Source: Phoronis australis
Taxonomy: Eukaryota; Animalia; Phoronida
Length of the DNA stretch: 64,000 nt
Direction of reading: 5' to 3'
NCBI GenBank assembly: GCA_002633005.1
Contig: NMRA01000368.1
Coordinates: 234,166-298,165, forward strand
Part shown: positions 23,620-36,541 of the stretch, piece after piece
Layout of the letters: every line of letters begins with the position of its first letter
How positions within the stretch are numbered: position 1 is the first letter of the stretch
Notes under the pieces: model-generated
The model's input: only the letters and a program-made list of their open reading frames with translations
The model's database searches: none
Told to the model about the DNA's origin: nothing
Position numbers and translations under genes: made by a program

Positions 23620-26600
23620 GAGCAATTCCATATAAAAACCAGATGGTGGGCTATAATATATATGCAAAATCACCATTTTTTTTGAAACTTAGCACATCAG
23701 CTGGCCATGTCAAAGAAGCCTGAGCCTGATTTTTTAAGAGTTTTTGAGTTTTCTGAACCCTTTTTACGACCACTTTGTACTTTTTCTAAAAAATAGCAAA
23801 TAAAAGTAGGTGACTTTTTGTCAGCAACAACACATCATCGCTTCACGCTATTGAAAAAATAACTATATAGCACAAAGAAGAAAGAATAACATACAAGAAA
23901 AATTAGTTCGGATGGATTTATTGATTTTTGATGTCTTCCCATTTTAGCCTACAAAAATGTCATTTTCACTGTTTATTATTAAGGCTATTTTTACGCATTT
24001 TTATCGCTCTCCCAAATCTATATCGGATTCTTTTGGAACATGAGTTAACTTCCGTCTGTTACTGCTGTCTTTGTTCAGCCAAACGCAAGAATAAAAAATT
24101 TTGTCTCTTTTTACATAACTCACTTACACACTTTTCTGCCAATCTGTGACTGTCAGTTAGATTAAAAGACTCTAGGAGGAGCTACTCGATTGAGTAATTA
24201 TCTGTCGACCAAGATGCCAAATAGAACAAATATCATTCGTTTTGCTACATCAGTGACGAAGGAGATCACGGGAAGCTGTATGAGAGATTTTTTCTTCGCG
24301 GATTTTCAGTTTTGCTGGTGCAAAAATAAAAATCTATTATAGGATTACAGAACTCAAAAAAGTCAATTTTAATGTACTGTTGAGTTAATAATATAACCCC
24401 CATCACCATCTCATACTTCAGAGAAGCTGGTTTTATTCTTATTAAGGGTGCCCATTCCCCCTTGCTTGGTCAGTTTTTGAACTCCGTAATGGACTAAGAA
24501 TCCCACGCACTACCTGCAGTGCATGCTGGTCCATGTTCAGACCTCCTGGACATGTCCCTGTATATGCGCTTGAAAAAGTCAACTCAAACTATATGCAAAG
24601 TTCGTACTAAAACTAATCAAGATCTTCGAGATCACAAGTGAAAAGAGAACGGTGGATACGACCAGAAGTGTCGTGTTATGGGACACACAAAGGGTCACGC
24701 AATGCTTCTTGTACTACACAAAAGCGGCCGAGCATGGTGGCAGTGCGCCAATGGAATTTGCAGTTTCAGAAAAATAACAGATACGGATATTTACGATTGA
24801 AAACATAATACTTTCAGTTACCGGCTTTCCAAACCAGTATTTAAACAATTGGGTGTTGTTGCGACTTACCAGCTAAAAGTTTCATTATATGTAAATTCCG
24901 TTGATGCGGCGGACTCAAAACCACAGTTTTTTGAAAGTATGCTAGATTTAGTGTATGATGCATTTCCAAAAACACTTCAAAAAATCGCAAAATACGTCAA
25001 ATCCATCCCTAAACGGGAACATGTCATTGTTTCTTTAATAGAAAGCTATTTAACAAATCCAATAAAAATCCGTCAAAGAACTTAGAAGTAAAAGAGGAAA
25101 ACAAAAAAATGAAATTTCCACTAGGGGGCACAGATTCATTGGAAAGTCATCGTCGTCCGTTGTTAACTTCACACAAGTACACTTACTAAAATTAATCAAG
25201 ATACTGCAGTGGGTTTAGGAGATACAGCTATGGGCGCAAAAATCAAAAATGCCACAGTAGTCGATGTCGTTGGAAAATCATCATTAACCGTCCTCTTCAC
25301 ACTAAGAACGTATATGCTAATTTTCAAAATTATGCTTAGAGTGGTTTGGTTGGCAGAGCGGCGGACGCCAAAAACTGACTAGAAAACAATAAAAGTGGCC
25401 CCTAGATGGCGTAAAATATGTCAAATCCTCCAAAAACACCGTTTCTGTAATAGAAAGCTGTTTAGCAAATTTCATAAAAATCCATTAAGGAACTTCAGAG
25501 AAACAGGGGAAAACGGAAAACATGAAATTGCCACTAGGGGGCACAACGCTTGTTGGATCCGTCTGAAAAATGTCTGCGTCCGCTGTCAACTTCATATCAA
25601 TACATTATTGCTAAATTCAATATAGACCCTGCAATGGGTTTAGTAGAAACAGCCATGGGCGCTACAAAAAACAAAACTGCCACTAGGAGGAGTCAAAGTA
25701 GTCAAAGTCGTCGGAAGGTTATCGTCAACCCTTCTCTTCACACTAAGAACATATATGCCAATTTCCACAATCATTCTACGGATGGTTTCTTTGATAGAGG
25801 GGCAGACTCGAAAACAGTAAAAATGGCCACTGGATGGAACAGAATACCTCAAATACATCCGAAAATGGGAGGATAACGCCATCTCCCTAATAGATGGTTA
25901 CATGTATGTGCCAAATTTCATGAAAATCCGTTGAGCTTTGAAGATACAGAGGTAACAAAATGTATAAAACTAGGATTGCCACTAGGGAGCACACCAGTTG
26001 TTGGATCCGTCCTAAATTTGTCGTCATCTGTCAGGTGAACTCATAAAAACCCGTGTTTTATTCAGAAACTGATGAGGTGCACATCTGAATACGACTGACC
26101 GACAAGTCAGAGATGACTGCATGGCAAAAAGTACCGCACTGAATAAGTGGAAAATTATGATCAACTGCCATTACAATTTTAAAGGGAAGTGAACTGTATT
26201 GTCATTATTTGAGTCGTGGGGTATAATCATGAATGGAGCTTATTTCCATACTTAGAAAATATTTTGACGTAAATATTAAAGTACAAATTACGGCAAGCAA
26301 TCACCTCAGGAATGGTCGCCATCATTGCTCTGGCATAATCTACTACTGTAGCTTCAATGGCGATCCGAGCAGACTAGTGGAATGGCAAATCTGGTGACAA
26401 TTTCACCAGCTGTCACAAGTCATATGTACTAAAGATGTGTATAAAGATGGGTCACCTTTTGTACAAGTATGGTAATACTTTTTCATGGTCTTTCGGTATA
26501 AAGATGGGTCACACCATTGAACCATTTGAATAAATATGGAACACAATTTTCAGATTTGCAATATATAACATGTTTGCAATTTCCAAAGCCCAGCAGCCCA

Positions 26601-27899
26601 CCTTAACCCGATAACCGGATAGGCCTATCAGGTGTGTGCACCTGTGGGCAGTTAGTAGGTCGAAAGTTGTCAGCGAGAGCTAATACAATATTCTGAACTG
26701 AAGTCATGGCCAACAGTTGTGATAAATATGAAGTAACTTTTTAACAATTGCTACTAATATCTTACTTGCACCAACAGGGACTAACAAATCAAACTGGCGA
26801 AAAATCTTTTGTGACATGCAAAAGTCATCGCCCCGTTCAATTTTCCGCTTCGTTCTAGCTGTGTGTTCTGGATAACAGCACGTCAATTTTTGTCTAAAGC
26901 CAAGTTCAAACTCACGTCGATGTAAAACATATAACGGCGCATATCCATTGGTTTGCCAGCCCAGCCTCCTCTCTCCAGCTCTGGCAAGAATCAACTGTAA
27001 TTCCGATATACTTTCAAACTTCTGTGGCACTTTGCACGACCTCAGATGACTTCTGACGTCTTTAACACAGCTAATGAAGGCAACATTTCCTCCGCGATCC
27101 CAATTTAGTAACGAAAATTGACCAAATGTACAAGAAGGAAATTCCTCCCTATTCTTTGCAGTGACAGAAAGAGCATGTAATTTTGAACCCTAAAGTGCTA
27201 TTGCTAAAGTTAAACAGAGTGTTTCAGAAAATTGGGGTCTCAAAAGTGAAACTTAAATTTTTGTGATATTGCATTGTTGATATTAGATCAAATATTTTAG
27301 GTGACATCTCTGAACTAAAAGAGTAGCCTCAATTCTCTTGTCAGTCAGAGTAAGGACACATCACAAAAATTCCCAAATTCGAGGGCTACGTTTAGCACTA
27401 AATATATAAGAGACAAGTTTTTTTAAAAAAAATTATCAAAGATCAGTCTTAGAACTGTCTACACAGAGAATTTCGACTTCAAATATATTCCGATATAGCA
27501 GGCAGGTTAAGCAACACCTTGCCACTTGTGACTGACCTGAAAAGTGGTCTCGGAGTTTTCTCCCCTGCTGGAAATTTAAATGTAACTATGAGTTTCAAAT
27601 TTCATTTTCTCACTAACCTTACATGAGTCCTTATGAACATTAATGTCAAACTTTGTCACCAGTTTTCCAAGTTTGATCTTTTGCCGTTCCTAAAGTGCAA
27701 TTTTACTGACATGAAAATGCAAAATAAGCCTTTATAGCCAAATAGGTCATATCTCGGTAACCAAAGGTCATTAAGTGCAAATATTGCAGCAGTGTACTTT
27801 GGGCCAACATCCCAACACATGCACAAAATATTAGCTCTGTATGAATTTTTGAGTATATAGTGATTTTTAATTTTCATATCGTTTTATATGGAATCATTC
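23620..27899 (-). mobile_element. Degenerate Sola3-like DNA transposon with TTAA target site; N-terminal transposase-like fragment on the minus strand at about 26764-27110
   Basis: TTAA|GAGCAATTCCATATAAAAAC at the left end and GTTTTATATGGAATCATTC|TTAA at the right end. Peptide SCVKDVRSHL...SELQLILARAG...LHRREFELGFRQKLTCCYPEH...RG...LLVPVGA resembles the Cys/His-rich N-terminus I associate with such transposases. Confidence 0.55.
24950..26040 (+). repeat. Diverged tandem array of about 140-bp units (three-unit higher order of about 410-450 bp), most with a ccactag(g/a)gggc-like core
   Basis: Cores at about 25118, 25251, 25397, 25530, 25678, 25826 and 25977; the 25110-25390 and 25520-25820 blocks align well. 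Confidence 0.8.
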
Positions 27900-30800
27900 T
27901 TAAAGTAACCCTTTCCTTTACATTCAAAAATTTAAAGAAAAAACGAAACGTAGCTGTGAATCTGCAAACAATTATTGGCCAATTGTATCTCTTTTAGTTT
28001 CATTCATTACTTCAAATCAAATATAGTGCGCGTCCTAAAACAGGGGCTGGTGCACGCAAAAACGGAAATATGACACAATTTGTCATTACGTCCTTCGTTT
28101 CGTGGTGGCAGACAAGGTGAAATATAGAGAATCGTACACTCGTCTCACGTTTATGACATGAGCAAAACCCCTTGGAAATTTCTCACATGAACCGTAAAAA
28201 CGCGTCTTCTTGTCAAAAAACTCGACGTGTCTATAACTTTTAACCACGTGACGCAACTTTCGTAAAAACATGCTTGCGCAATGTAAAGTGAACTCAGTTA
28301 ATTTTTGAGTTGGGATTAGTCTCCGTTTGAATGAACGTCAGGCCCGTAGCCAGGGGGGTTCGATATAGCTAGGCTATATACAACTGTAGCAGCGAGAGAG
28401 CTCCTAAAAAGTAGTGCTGTGTGAATGTTTTCACATCGACCTGCTAGCATAGTACGGTTAAGTGCAGGCATTTTCAAATTTGTAATTGAAAATTGTCGTC
28501 AAATATGTTGTTCATAGAGTTTTCACTTTGTGGATTGGTAGATTGACATGCCTGCGTGTACACGAGTGTGCGTTTCCATTCTTTTAAATTCAGTGCACGC
28601 CGACGGAAAGTTCACTATAGACAGTCCTCCGTCGTTGCTCAAAAAACAGACATTTAACTGACGTGTTTTGTTAAACTTAGAAAGCCCTGACGAGCATGTT
28701 CAAATTATTAGGGAAAAGTAGGTCGAGATCTAATAAAAAGTTTGGTCAATGAAGAAAGAGTTCTCTCCTCAATCAGTGCCTATGGTCTCGTAGCCTTCAT
28801 ATGAGCAAAAAAACTAGATGGAAAAGATTTCCAAGGTTACGTGTCACTATTCCGACAGTTCATTAGCCTACTCTGTGACTCTGATTGTTTGCTAATGAGT
28901 CGGAACTGACATGGATAAAGTATTGTATTTTTACTTAGTAACCATTTAAAAGGTGTGCAAATGTTGACTAGTTCTTAAAACTTTTACAAATGATCTCAGT
29001 TCCAATCATAGCCTTGGTACAAAGCTGTATACTAAATATACAGCTTTGCGCCGATGTGGGTAAAAAGTGTCAAGATAAAATCTGACACAAAAGTAGTGTC
29101 GTCAAAACCTACAGTCCTGCTTGAGTAAATATAGATTATTACATGTTCTCAGTCCTTATCCCCCGTATTCTAGAGCCCAAGTGGATTTTGGAGAATTATT
29201 GTCCGAGGTGCGTCCTTACATCTTTCGCTGCTTAGACGCAAGTTTCGACGAAGAAAGCCCACAGTTGTATTTGCTTTTTTATGATGTTGCTTATGTGGGA
29301 CGACCATTTGAGGTCATGTGATATGGCAAGGCCCAAATATTTAGCCTCCTTGACCGACTTTAGCGCGTGTGATTGTGGACTACATAGGTGGTGGACTGGA
29401 TCTGTCGTTTTCTGGTCAGACAGAGGGAACTACTGTTGTCCGGGTGGAAAGCCACATGTCCCTCTTCAGAAGACTATATAGATCTTTCTGCAGAGCGGCT
29501 CTATGTAAGCGGCTGAGTTGGCAATGTTGCAACTTATTGTATCGTCTGCAAATAGTCTAGGCAAGCACTTAGCTCCGGTAGGTGTACATGTAGGTCTGTT
29601 TCAAAAGTTAAATTAACGCATGGAATTGGCCGTAATTCCGTGCACCATAAAGACATTTAAGGCCAACCGTCTGAAGGAACTTCATATTTTTTTGTAGTTT
29701 CATGGCATAAAAGTAGTTTGCATTTAATTTTAAACGTACCATGATCACTAAGCTGTGATATGGTAACAAAAGATGACATGTCTGGTGTAGTGGCAAAAAG
29801 TGTCCATTTACAAAAATAACTAAAATTGTTTTTAAAAGCTTCATAAATCCACGTATTGTGTTTGAACAACTAGAAAATGAGCTCCCCTTAACTCTACAGG
29901 CGAAGTGTATTCTAAAGGTTTTCATGACAATGTAATTCAACTGTTTATTTTTTCGTGACAACAGATTCGAACGAGGCCTTGAGTTCAGTAATCTAGCGCC
30001 CTCCCAGAATGTACCAATTTTGGTGAGAAGTTCAGTTGAACACCAGCCTACGGGTATATTATATGAATAACAAAAATGTACCTGTACTACGAAACAGAAA
30101 GATGTCCATTGTAGGCCGAAATAAATGAAAAACAATAAAAATGTCCTTAAGAACAACTTTCCGGGGACTACCTAGACCAGTCTTGGGATATCCAGCAGAT
30201 AAAACTCCGGAGTCAAATTCAGATAGGCCTACAGTACATGTATAGCCACCAAACTGAGAAGTACGTATCTTGTAACAAATATATTTGTATTTAACCTTCG
30301 AGAAATCCAGCAACATTGTTAAGTTTAGGTGATCGTGTGTCGTGCGGTCGTCCACACACTTTGACCCATCCTTTACACAGTCTACAACACTTTTCGGCTT
30401 AGGGAATAATCAAAAAGTAGCGGGATATTCTTCTCGAGCTGTATAACGGGGGCCAGAACTACACACACCATATCAACACCGTCTCACCATTCGTATCGCG
30501 CATTTTTTTAGCTATAGACTAAAATAAGCTTTAAGGACAACGACATCGTTTGTCGGGTAAAATGGAGGCTTGGGAAACGAAGACGAAGGTGTGCCAAGAA
30601 TGCTGCGTTCTGATTGGCCAAGCCGTCAGTCATAAGCCTGGCTATAGGTCAATTAAGCTGCGTCAAAGGCCTTACAAAAAACTCTAGTGTCGACATTTCC
30701 AAAGGTCTGCCTTTCTAGAAATTCGAACGTGGATATAATACGGAATTTGCCGTTGAAGATGCGTTCGTTGAAGAAGTTGTGTACATGTCTTTCCGACTGG

Positions 30801-30963
30801 GACTAGTACGTGCAGTTACGACACCTGACAATGTCACCTTCACGGACTTCCGGCATTGTTTGGCTAGCGCGCGTTTGGTTGTTGGTATTAGTGTTTTGCA
30901 GGCGATAAACTGAAAGGCGTATGAATTTCTACTTTGCACAGCTTTGTGATTAGCACATGTAAT

Positions 30964-31842
30964 ATATATAGATTATTACATGGCGAAGTCGTTATCCCCC
31001 GTTATCTAGAGCCCGAGTGGATTTTGGAGAATTATCGCCCGAGGGGCGTTAGCCCCGAGGGTGATAATTCTCCAAAATCCACGAGGGCTCTAGATAAGGG
31101 GGATAACGGCTGAGAACATGTAATAATCTATTTATACCACATACTAAACGAGAAACATTGCAATGAATCGATTTACCTTTTCTGACTCTCCACGGCTTTG
31201 TAACTACTTTCTATGTCAGAGGCCCGGGGTCGGAGGTCGTGACCTTTTAAGAAAAGCCGAGCTATTTTTGTCAAATAATGCTTATACTCAAAACCAATTG
31301 GAAATTAAAACAAAATAGAAATGAAGTGAATCTCTAAATTAAGGTTAAGCAACTATTATAACTTAGAACACGTTTTTTACACGCTAAGCTTCGACCGGGA
31401 AATTATCGTCTGCTAAAGTAGGTTACCACTGGTAACTGAATATAATTCTCAAGTCAATGATCCTGACGACACGATACCCGCATTCAAACTGGAGATCGGT
31501 GATTTACAAGTAAGAGGACATGAGAGAAAAATTTCACTGAATTAAGATATCATTTTTATGGAAATTATGTGTCTTATTTTTCGTAACGTATAAGTACAGT
31601 ACAATGCGGTTTGTTGAACGTGCGATTATTGCGCGTGCTCATTTAAGTACTCTATTTTCACTCTTGATGACGTCAGTCGCTGCGTGGTGTAGTGGTTAAA
31701 GACGGCGATCAGCAATACCAAGGTCCCGGGTTCGACTCCGTTCTCGGTTTCCCGCCAAATCGTTATCTCACTAGTGAGATAACTTTATGGGTTATTACAC
31801 GGTTTTATCTGCCATTTGACGCTAATATTGTGGTATAATAAA
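30964..31842. mobile_element. Non-autonomous element with a palindromic left end of about 170 bp (30964-31136) and short inverted motif tataccaca...tgtggtata; single-arm copy at about 29128-29213
   Basis: Arms tagattattacatg...ggattttggagaattatc and gataattctccaaaatcc...catgtaataatcta around a cgttag loop. Confidence 0.7.
31676..31747 (+). pseudogene. tRNA-like / SINE-head sequence (not a functional tRNA)
   Basis: A-box TGGTGTAGTGG and B-box GGTTCGACTCC at tRNA spacing, but the acceptor and T stems do not pair. Confidence 0.5.
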
Positions 31843-32068
31843 AATTACGTACTCGGTGTTCTTAACCAGCCGTGTCGTAACACATTCCAGCTCATGCTGT
31901 ACGTAGTTTATGAATTAAACGTGACATTTATCACTGATAGGACTTCACTTAATATTCATTTTGTTGAAACCATCGAATGCGGGGGATGTCGAAAACACAT
32001 AATCAAAGCTTGAAAACCCGCTGACTTTTAAGCAAAAAACGATTTCAAATATTTTTAACAAGAAAGTG

Positions 32069-32460
32069 TAAGGTCAACTGAATGGGCAATTAAACGTGAA
32101 ATAATTAGATTATTCCTTGTGTTTCGGACAACAAACCTGAAAATTGTACAATTTGTTTTTTATAGCAACGTATATCAAAATGTATTAGAGTTAAATCTTC
32201 ACCGATTACAAAATACATGTAGGTGATTGAACGTGTCTTTCAATTCCTCGAAATCGCCTTTTTGTCGGTGCCACTGGAGACGTGTCAAACGGTAATTGTG
32301 AGCACTTAAATCACTTAATATGTAATCTTTGCGCGACTAAAGTCTGGTGAAAACCGTTGAATGACACAGAATAGTAGGTAAAATGTCTCACTAAATTTCA
32401 CTGTAAAATTTTAGTAAAAATTATTTTTTAAAAACTCGTAACTTATGCCGCTGTTCCCAA
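32069..32460 (+). repeat. Dispersed repeat of about 400 bp; second copy at about 49151-49556
   Basis: Colinear blocks ctgaatggg, tagcaacgt..tcaaaatgtat, gttaaatcttcac, ttgtcggtgcc, aattgtgagcac, ctaaatttcac, aaactcgtaacttat.ccgctgt. Confidence 0.75.
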
Positions 32461-33461
32461 GGGCGGCGCAGCAGTGAAAAAAGTGGGGCTATTCTGTTAT
32501 TCCTCTTCAAATGCCAACGCCAGTTAAATTAAAACTATGATATTTAAATTCGCGAGAAAACGCTAGAACTTTTGACACAAATCAGTGGAGAAAATCTACC
32601 GACTCGGTGTTGCATGGTACACGTTTCACGTAAGTAACGCATTTTCTGAAGATAACCGAAGTTGACATTTTCTTGTTCTCAGAATGTTGTGGGGCAACTG
32701 GGAGCATTTTTTAAACGAAATATACACGAATTGCGGAATGAAATAAGAAAAATATGGTTCATGAAGAAGCTTTATTCATAGTCACGACGTGTGTATACAT
32801 GTACATCTTAAGAACAACAAATTAGGTCTCAGTCTATCACTGTAAGTTTTTGTTGGACCTTACTGACTAGTTTTTGAATTTGGCAAAATATGTACAAAAC
32901 TACAGAATTTAACTTCGTGAATGAGAACATTTTATGAAAGTAGAAACTATAGATGTAACTATAACCACTTAGGTGTGGTGATCATGTCTTTTTAATAAAA
33001 GTTAAGTAAAAGAAAACTCCTAGCTAAACAGCGTGAGTGGGTGGTGTTAGTCTGGCGGTTTTGCCCCCTCTCGGGGGCACTCCTTGTTAGTGGGGCTGCC
33101 TCACTCATCATTTCCAACTTGGTTATGGATGGTATTGCTGCTCTAAACTTTGGTGCAATAAATAAAAACGAGTCGTCTACAACTCGATAACTTTATTTCT
33201 GTGATCGTATTGTATCGGTTTCCATCGATTCGTATCGTTTTGTATCGTATCAGTGAGTCGTATCGTAACACATGTACCGCTTATCTGAAATGTTACAAAA
33301 GCAAGCGGTCCAAGTTATGCGGAATGAATTAACTATATCATCACGATATCGTTACACTTTGTAGATACTCTATAGCTATTATCTAATAACAAATCTAAGT
33401 CAACTCAAACAATAGTCTGCATGCAGCGTCAAACACTAACTAAATAAATAAAAAGGGGTGG

Positions 33462-33754
33462 CAGGGGCGGATCCAGGATTTTGAGTTAGGGGGGCCAGTG
33501 CATAAGAATAACCAAAATTTTGGCAGATGCGCGCGCCCTAAAATGTAGGGATGCAGGGGTCTCAAATTTTTGGGTTTGGGGACCTGTTGACCAAAAAATA
33601 AAAGAGGAAACAGCGTTTGTTGAGGGCCTATGCATTGTTTAAAACCCCCGAGCCCCCCTGATTGTGCGCATGTGCTAGTCAGCAATTCTCACCCGAACTG
33701 CCAAATGGTATCTGGTAGAATTTTAGGGGGGCATGCCCCCCTAAATCCGCTACT
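33462..33754. mobile_element. GC-rich-ended MITE (caggggcggatccagg...aaatccgctactg); related short elements at about 7706-7859, 10530-10655 and 1585-1720
   Basis: Imperfect terminal inverted repeats with G/C runs, recurring several times in the window. Confidence 0.55.
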
Positions 33755-34148
33755 GGGTTAATTAAGCTGTGAGTTATCCCGAGACAACGCCCTAAAATAT
33801 ACTCGACGCACTATGAGATCAAGAACGCCACCTCTAGGATAACTGGGAAAACACTGTGTACACTGTCTGCATTTACAAATGGTTGCGCGCATTCAAGGGG
33901 GCTCAGGGGGCTCGAGCAAGCCCGTCATTTGACCAAGTGGACAAAAAGGTCCGAATTATTTCATTGCTCAAAACTTCGACTACATTTTTGTTTGCGAGCT
34001 TGATACTGTTACGTTGCCGGGTAATTTCGGAACAGTCTCCTTTCTTCTGGTGTGCAGGTATGAATTGTAAAACACCGAGAGACGTAACAAACAAACACTT
34101 AAATAAAAACACTATATTTCGTGACCGCAAAAGGTAGGCAAAGAGTGG

Positions 34149-34256
34149 AATGAACTTATCACAGGTTATCAGTTCGAACCGGAATACAGTGATCAAGAAA
34201 TACAAGAGAGGCGCCGTGAACATGCACAGGCAAAGGAACGAAGGCCTATATGGTGA
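34149..34256 (+). mobile_element. Peptide relic NELITGYQFEPEYSDQEIQERR, resembling the YxFEP N-terminus of Kolobok accessory (P2X7-C-terminal-like) proteins
   Basis: Short motif recognition only. Confidence 0.35.
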
Positions 34257-34434
34257 GTTGTTTGAAAAGCCGGCATACGGTCGGACTCACTCGTTGTCCA
34301 GTCGACGACTGCCAGCCACAGACACGGCCTCATACTTGCTATTAACAGCGTACTTTTCATTCTTCACTACCGCGAGCCACTTCCTAAGCATTTCGGACTC
34401 TCGAGGAAGTCGAAAGAACGATATACCTGCCTCC

Positions 34435-34575
34435 CGTTCAGTAACGCTAGGACCTCGCTAAAAAGCAAGACTTCGCGAGATTACGTGAGATATAGCCGTG
34501 CATGTTAAATGAGAGCACGTGACTTTGACTAGGTTTTAGCTAGGTCCTAGCGTAGGTCCTAGCGTCTACTGAACG
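34435..34575. mobile_element. Hairpin MITE of about 140 bp
   Basis: cgttcagta-acgctaggacct ... aggtcctagcgtctactgaacg inverted termini. Confidence 0.7.
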
Positions 34576-35389
34576 CACGCCCGCTTTCCTCGCAGCTGCA
34601 TTGTTTGGACACTGCGGGAACCGTATGCACCGCGACACATAGCGGCATTCACTCTGCAAATGAGCCACAGACGTCGCTGCGTCGTTTCTCATCTTCCTCA
34701 CAGGTTAACGGGACACCTCTCAGCAAGGAAAGTTCGAGCGTATGCGAGGCGATGTGAATACACAGGCGTCCCCAGCTTCTGATCGTCCCCAGTACACTAT
34801 ATATAATACTACAAGGTATGACACTCCCGACCAGAAATTACACGGGTGCTCCACTTCAGCCGTCCATATCAAACTCAAAACTCAATAAATTTATACAAAA
34901 CAGGGTTTCAACAAACCATTACTTATTGTTCTTTCTTCTAATACCATTCACGGTGTCTTGCTCCAGCGAGATTGCAACAAATTCGCGGTCAAAGCACAAA
35001 AATGTTCCCAAAAAGCTCACGCATCGAGCCTCCTTGGACGGTTCGAGGTCAAGGACGTTTCAGCAGTTCAAAACACTGGTTAGTGGTGTCAATTTATCTC
35101 TTGATTTCATCGTTTAACACCAAAAATCATCAAACTTCGTTGAACCCTTAAAAATATACCGAGTTCTTATAAAAACTTGCTGTTTTATTTCGCTGTTACG
35201 GATTTATTGGTATTTGGACACACCGTAGCCTACAAATGAGTTCGGCAGGCCAATTTACCAAGGTCCGTATCAGGAGTTTGGGGTCTGTCCGGAGATACGG
35301 ACTATTCTTACGTGAAATACAGACAGGAGAATCTATATCTGTGTTGATTATATACTTGTGATTTTTGAGTTGTACACAAAACGCTTGTT

Positions 35390-35495
35390 ATCCCGGCCAG
35401 TGGCTCAGAATCCGATCAGACCCGTCGCGGCCGGACTGATCTCGTTAGATCCCGGCCAGTGGCTCGGAACCCGATCGGCCCGTCGCGTCCGCAGG
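35390..35495. repeat. Two-copy tandem duplication, 59-bp period, GC-rich
   Basis: atcccggccagtggctc.gaa.ccgatc...ccgtcgcg repeated. Confidence 0.85.
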
Positions 35496-36541
35496 GACTG
35501 GCACGAACAGCTTGAGTTGGAAACTAAAGCTCCAGTCACCAAAAGACTATAATAGTGAGCCAAAGAAATAATGTGCACGTAATCATTTAGGTGAATTGGC
35601 CACGAAAAATCTACTTACTTGTCGGAGGCCGAGATATCGGCCCCTAGCTTCCACAGACCGTCAGGGCAAAGGCTGTACAGTAGGCCTAACAATGATTTGA
35701 ATAACGTATTTGTATTTCTAAATAAAGATTCCCCTAACATGTGACAATAGCATATAAAATCAAGTAATTGTTTCACAACAGCTTCTGTCAGTAAACACTG
35801 AATTAGCATGCGCTCACACGGCCTCGGTGCCCGGTCAGTTACCTTTGTTGACGGCATCAAAAGTCGGCAACGCAGTCGTTTATTCATTGCTGGCTTCTCA
35901 AAACATTTGCACTCACGAGCACTCCAAGGCATTACAAATTGTATCTAATGAGACATACTTTGTTTCAGTTTCTGATAAGCATTGGTTAGGATCATTTTAG
36001 GGTGAGAATAATTCATTTTGAAACAGAACGCAGAATAATAAACTTGTACATGGCAACTCGCGAAAAGGCCACGCTTCTTTTCCCCGCTACGCCACCGGAA
36101 AAGCTGGGGTCTGTGCGCGCGCAAGGAGGCCAAGTAGGTGACATCCACATTAACCTATTTATTGCCGGATGCTCTATGTGACCTCCCTCTGGTTTCCTGC
36201 ATTGCTGAGACAGAAACTCAACTGCGATTTCAAGCCATTATTTAGCGAAAATCTACCTGCCTTACTACTTCTACTGCAAAATTACTCGATTGTGCTCATT
36301 ATTATTGTGTTCAGGATTCCTGTTGTGTAGTCGTAATTACCTTGTTGTGCATCATCTTTCAGCTTGAGAGTCATTTTTGGCTCGTTTGATTTAATTGTGT
36401 TTTAAAGGCTAGAATAATTGTTTTGTTGCCTTGGTAACTACTTATAAGTTATTGTTTCCATAGTATTTCTGTGTATTAGTTGATTCTATTATAAGTTTTA
36501 GACTTTCAGACATCAGATCAGCTTTGAAAAATCAGGTCAGA

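Noticed and set aside
29608-30355. Minus-strand ORFs (182, 70 and 98 aa) with some splice-like sites
   Set aside because: No recognisable domain and no consistent spliced frame could be built; possibly a decayed TE gene
31676-31747. Functional tRNA gene
   Set aside because: The acceptor and T stems do not pair and there is no clear anticodon arm; treated as a tRNA-derived relic
35615-35932. Possible THAP-like remnant on the minus strand
   Set aside because: Similarity too weak; the C2CH residues could not be placed
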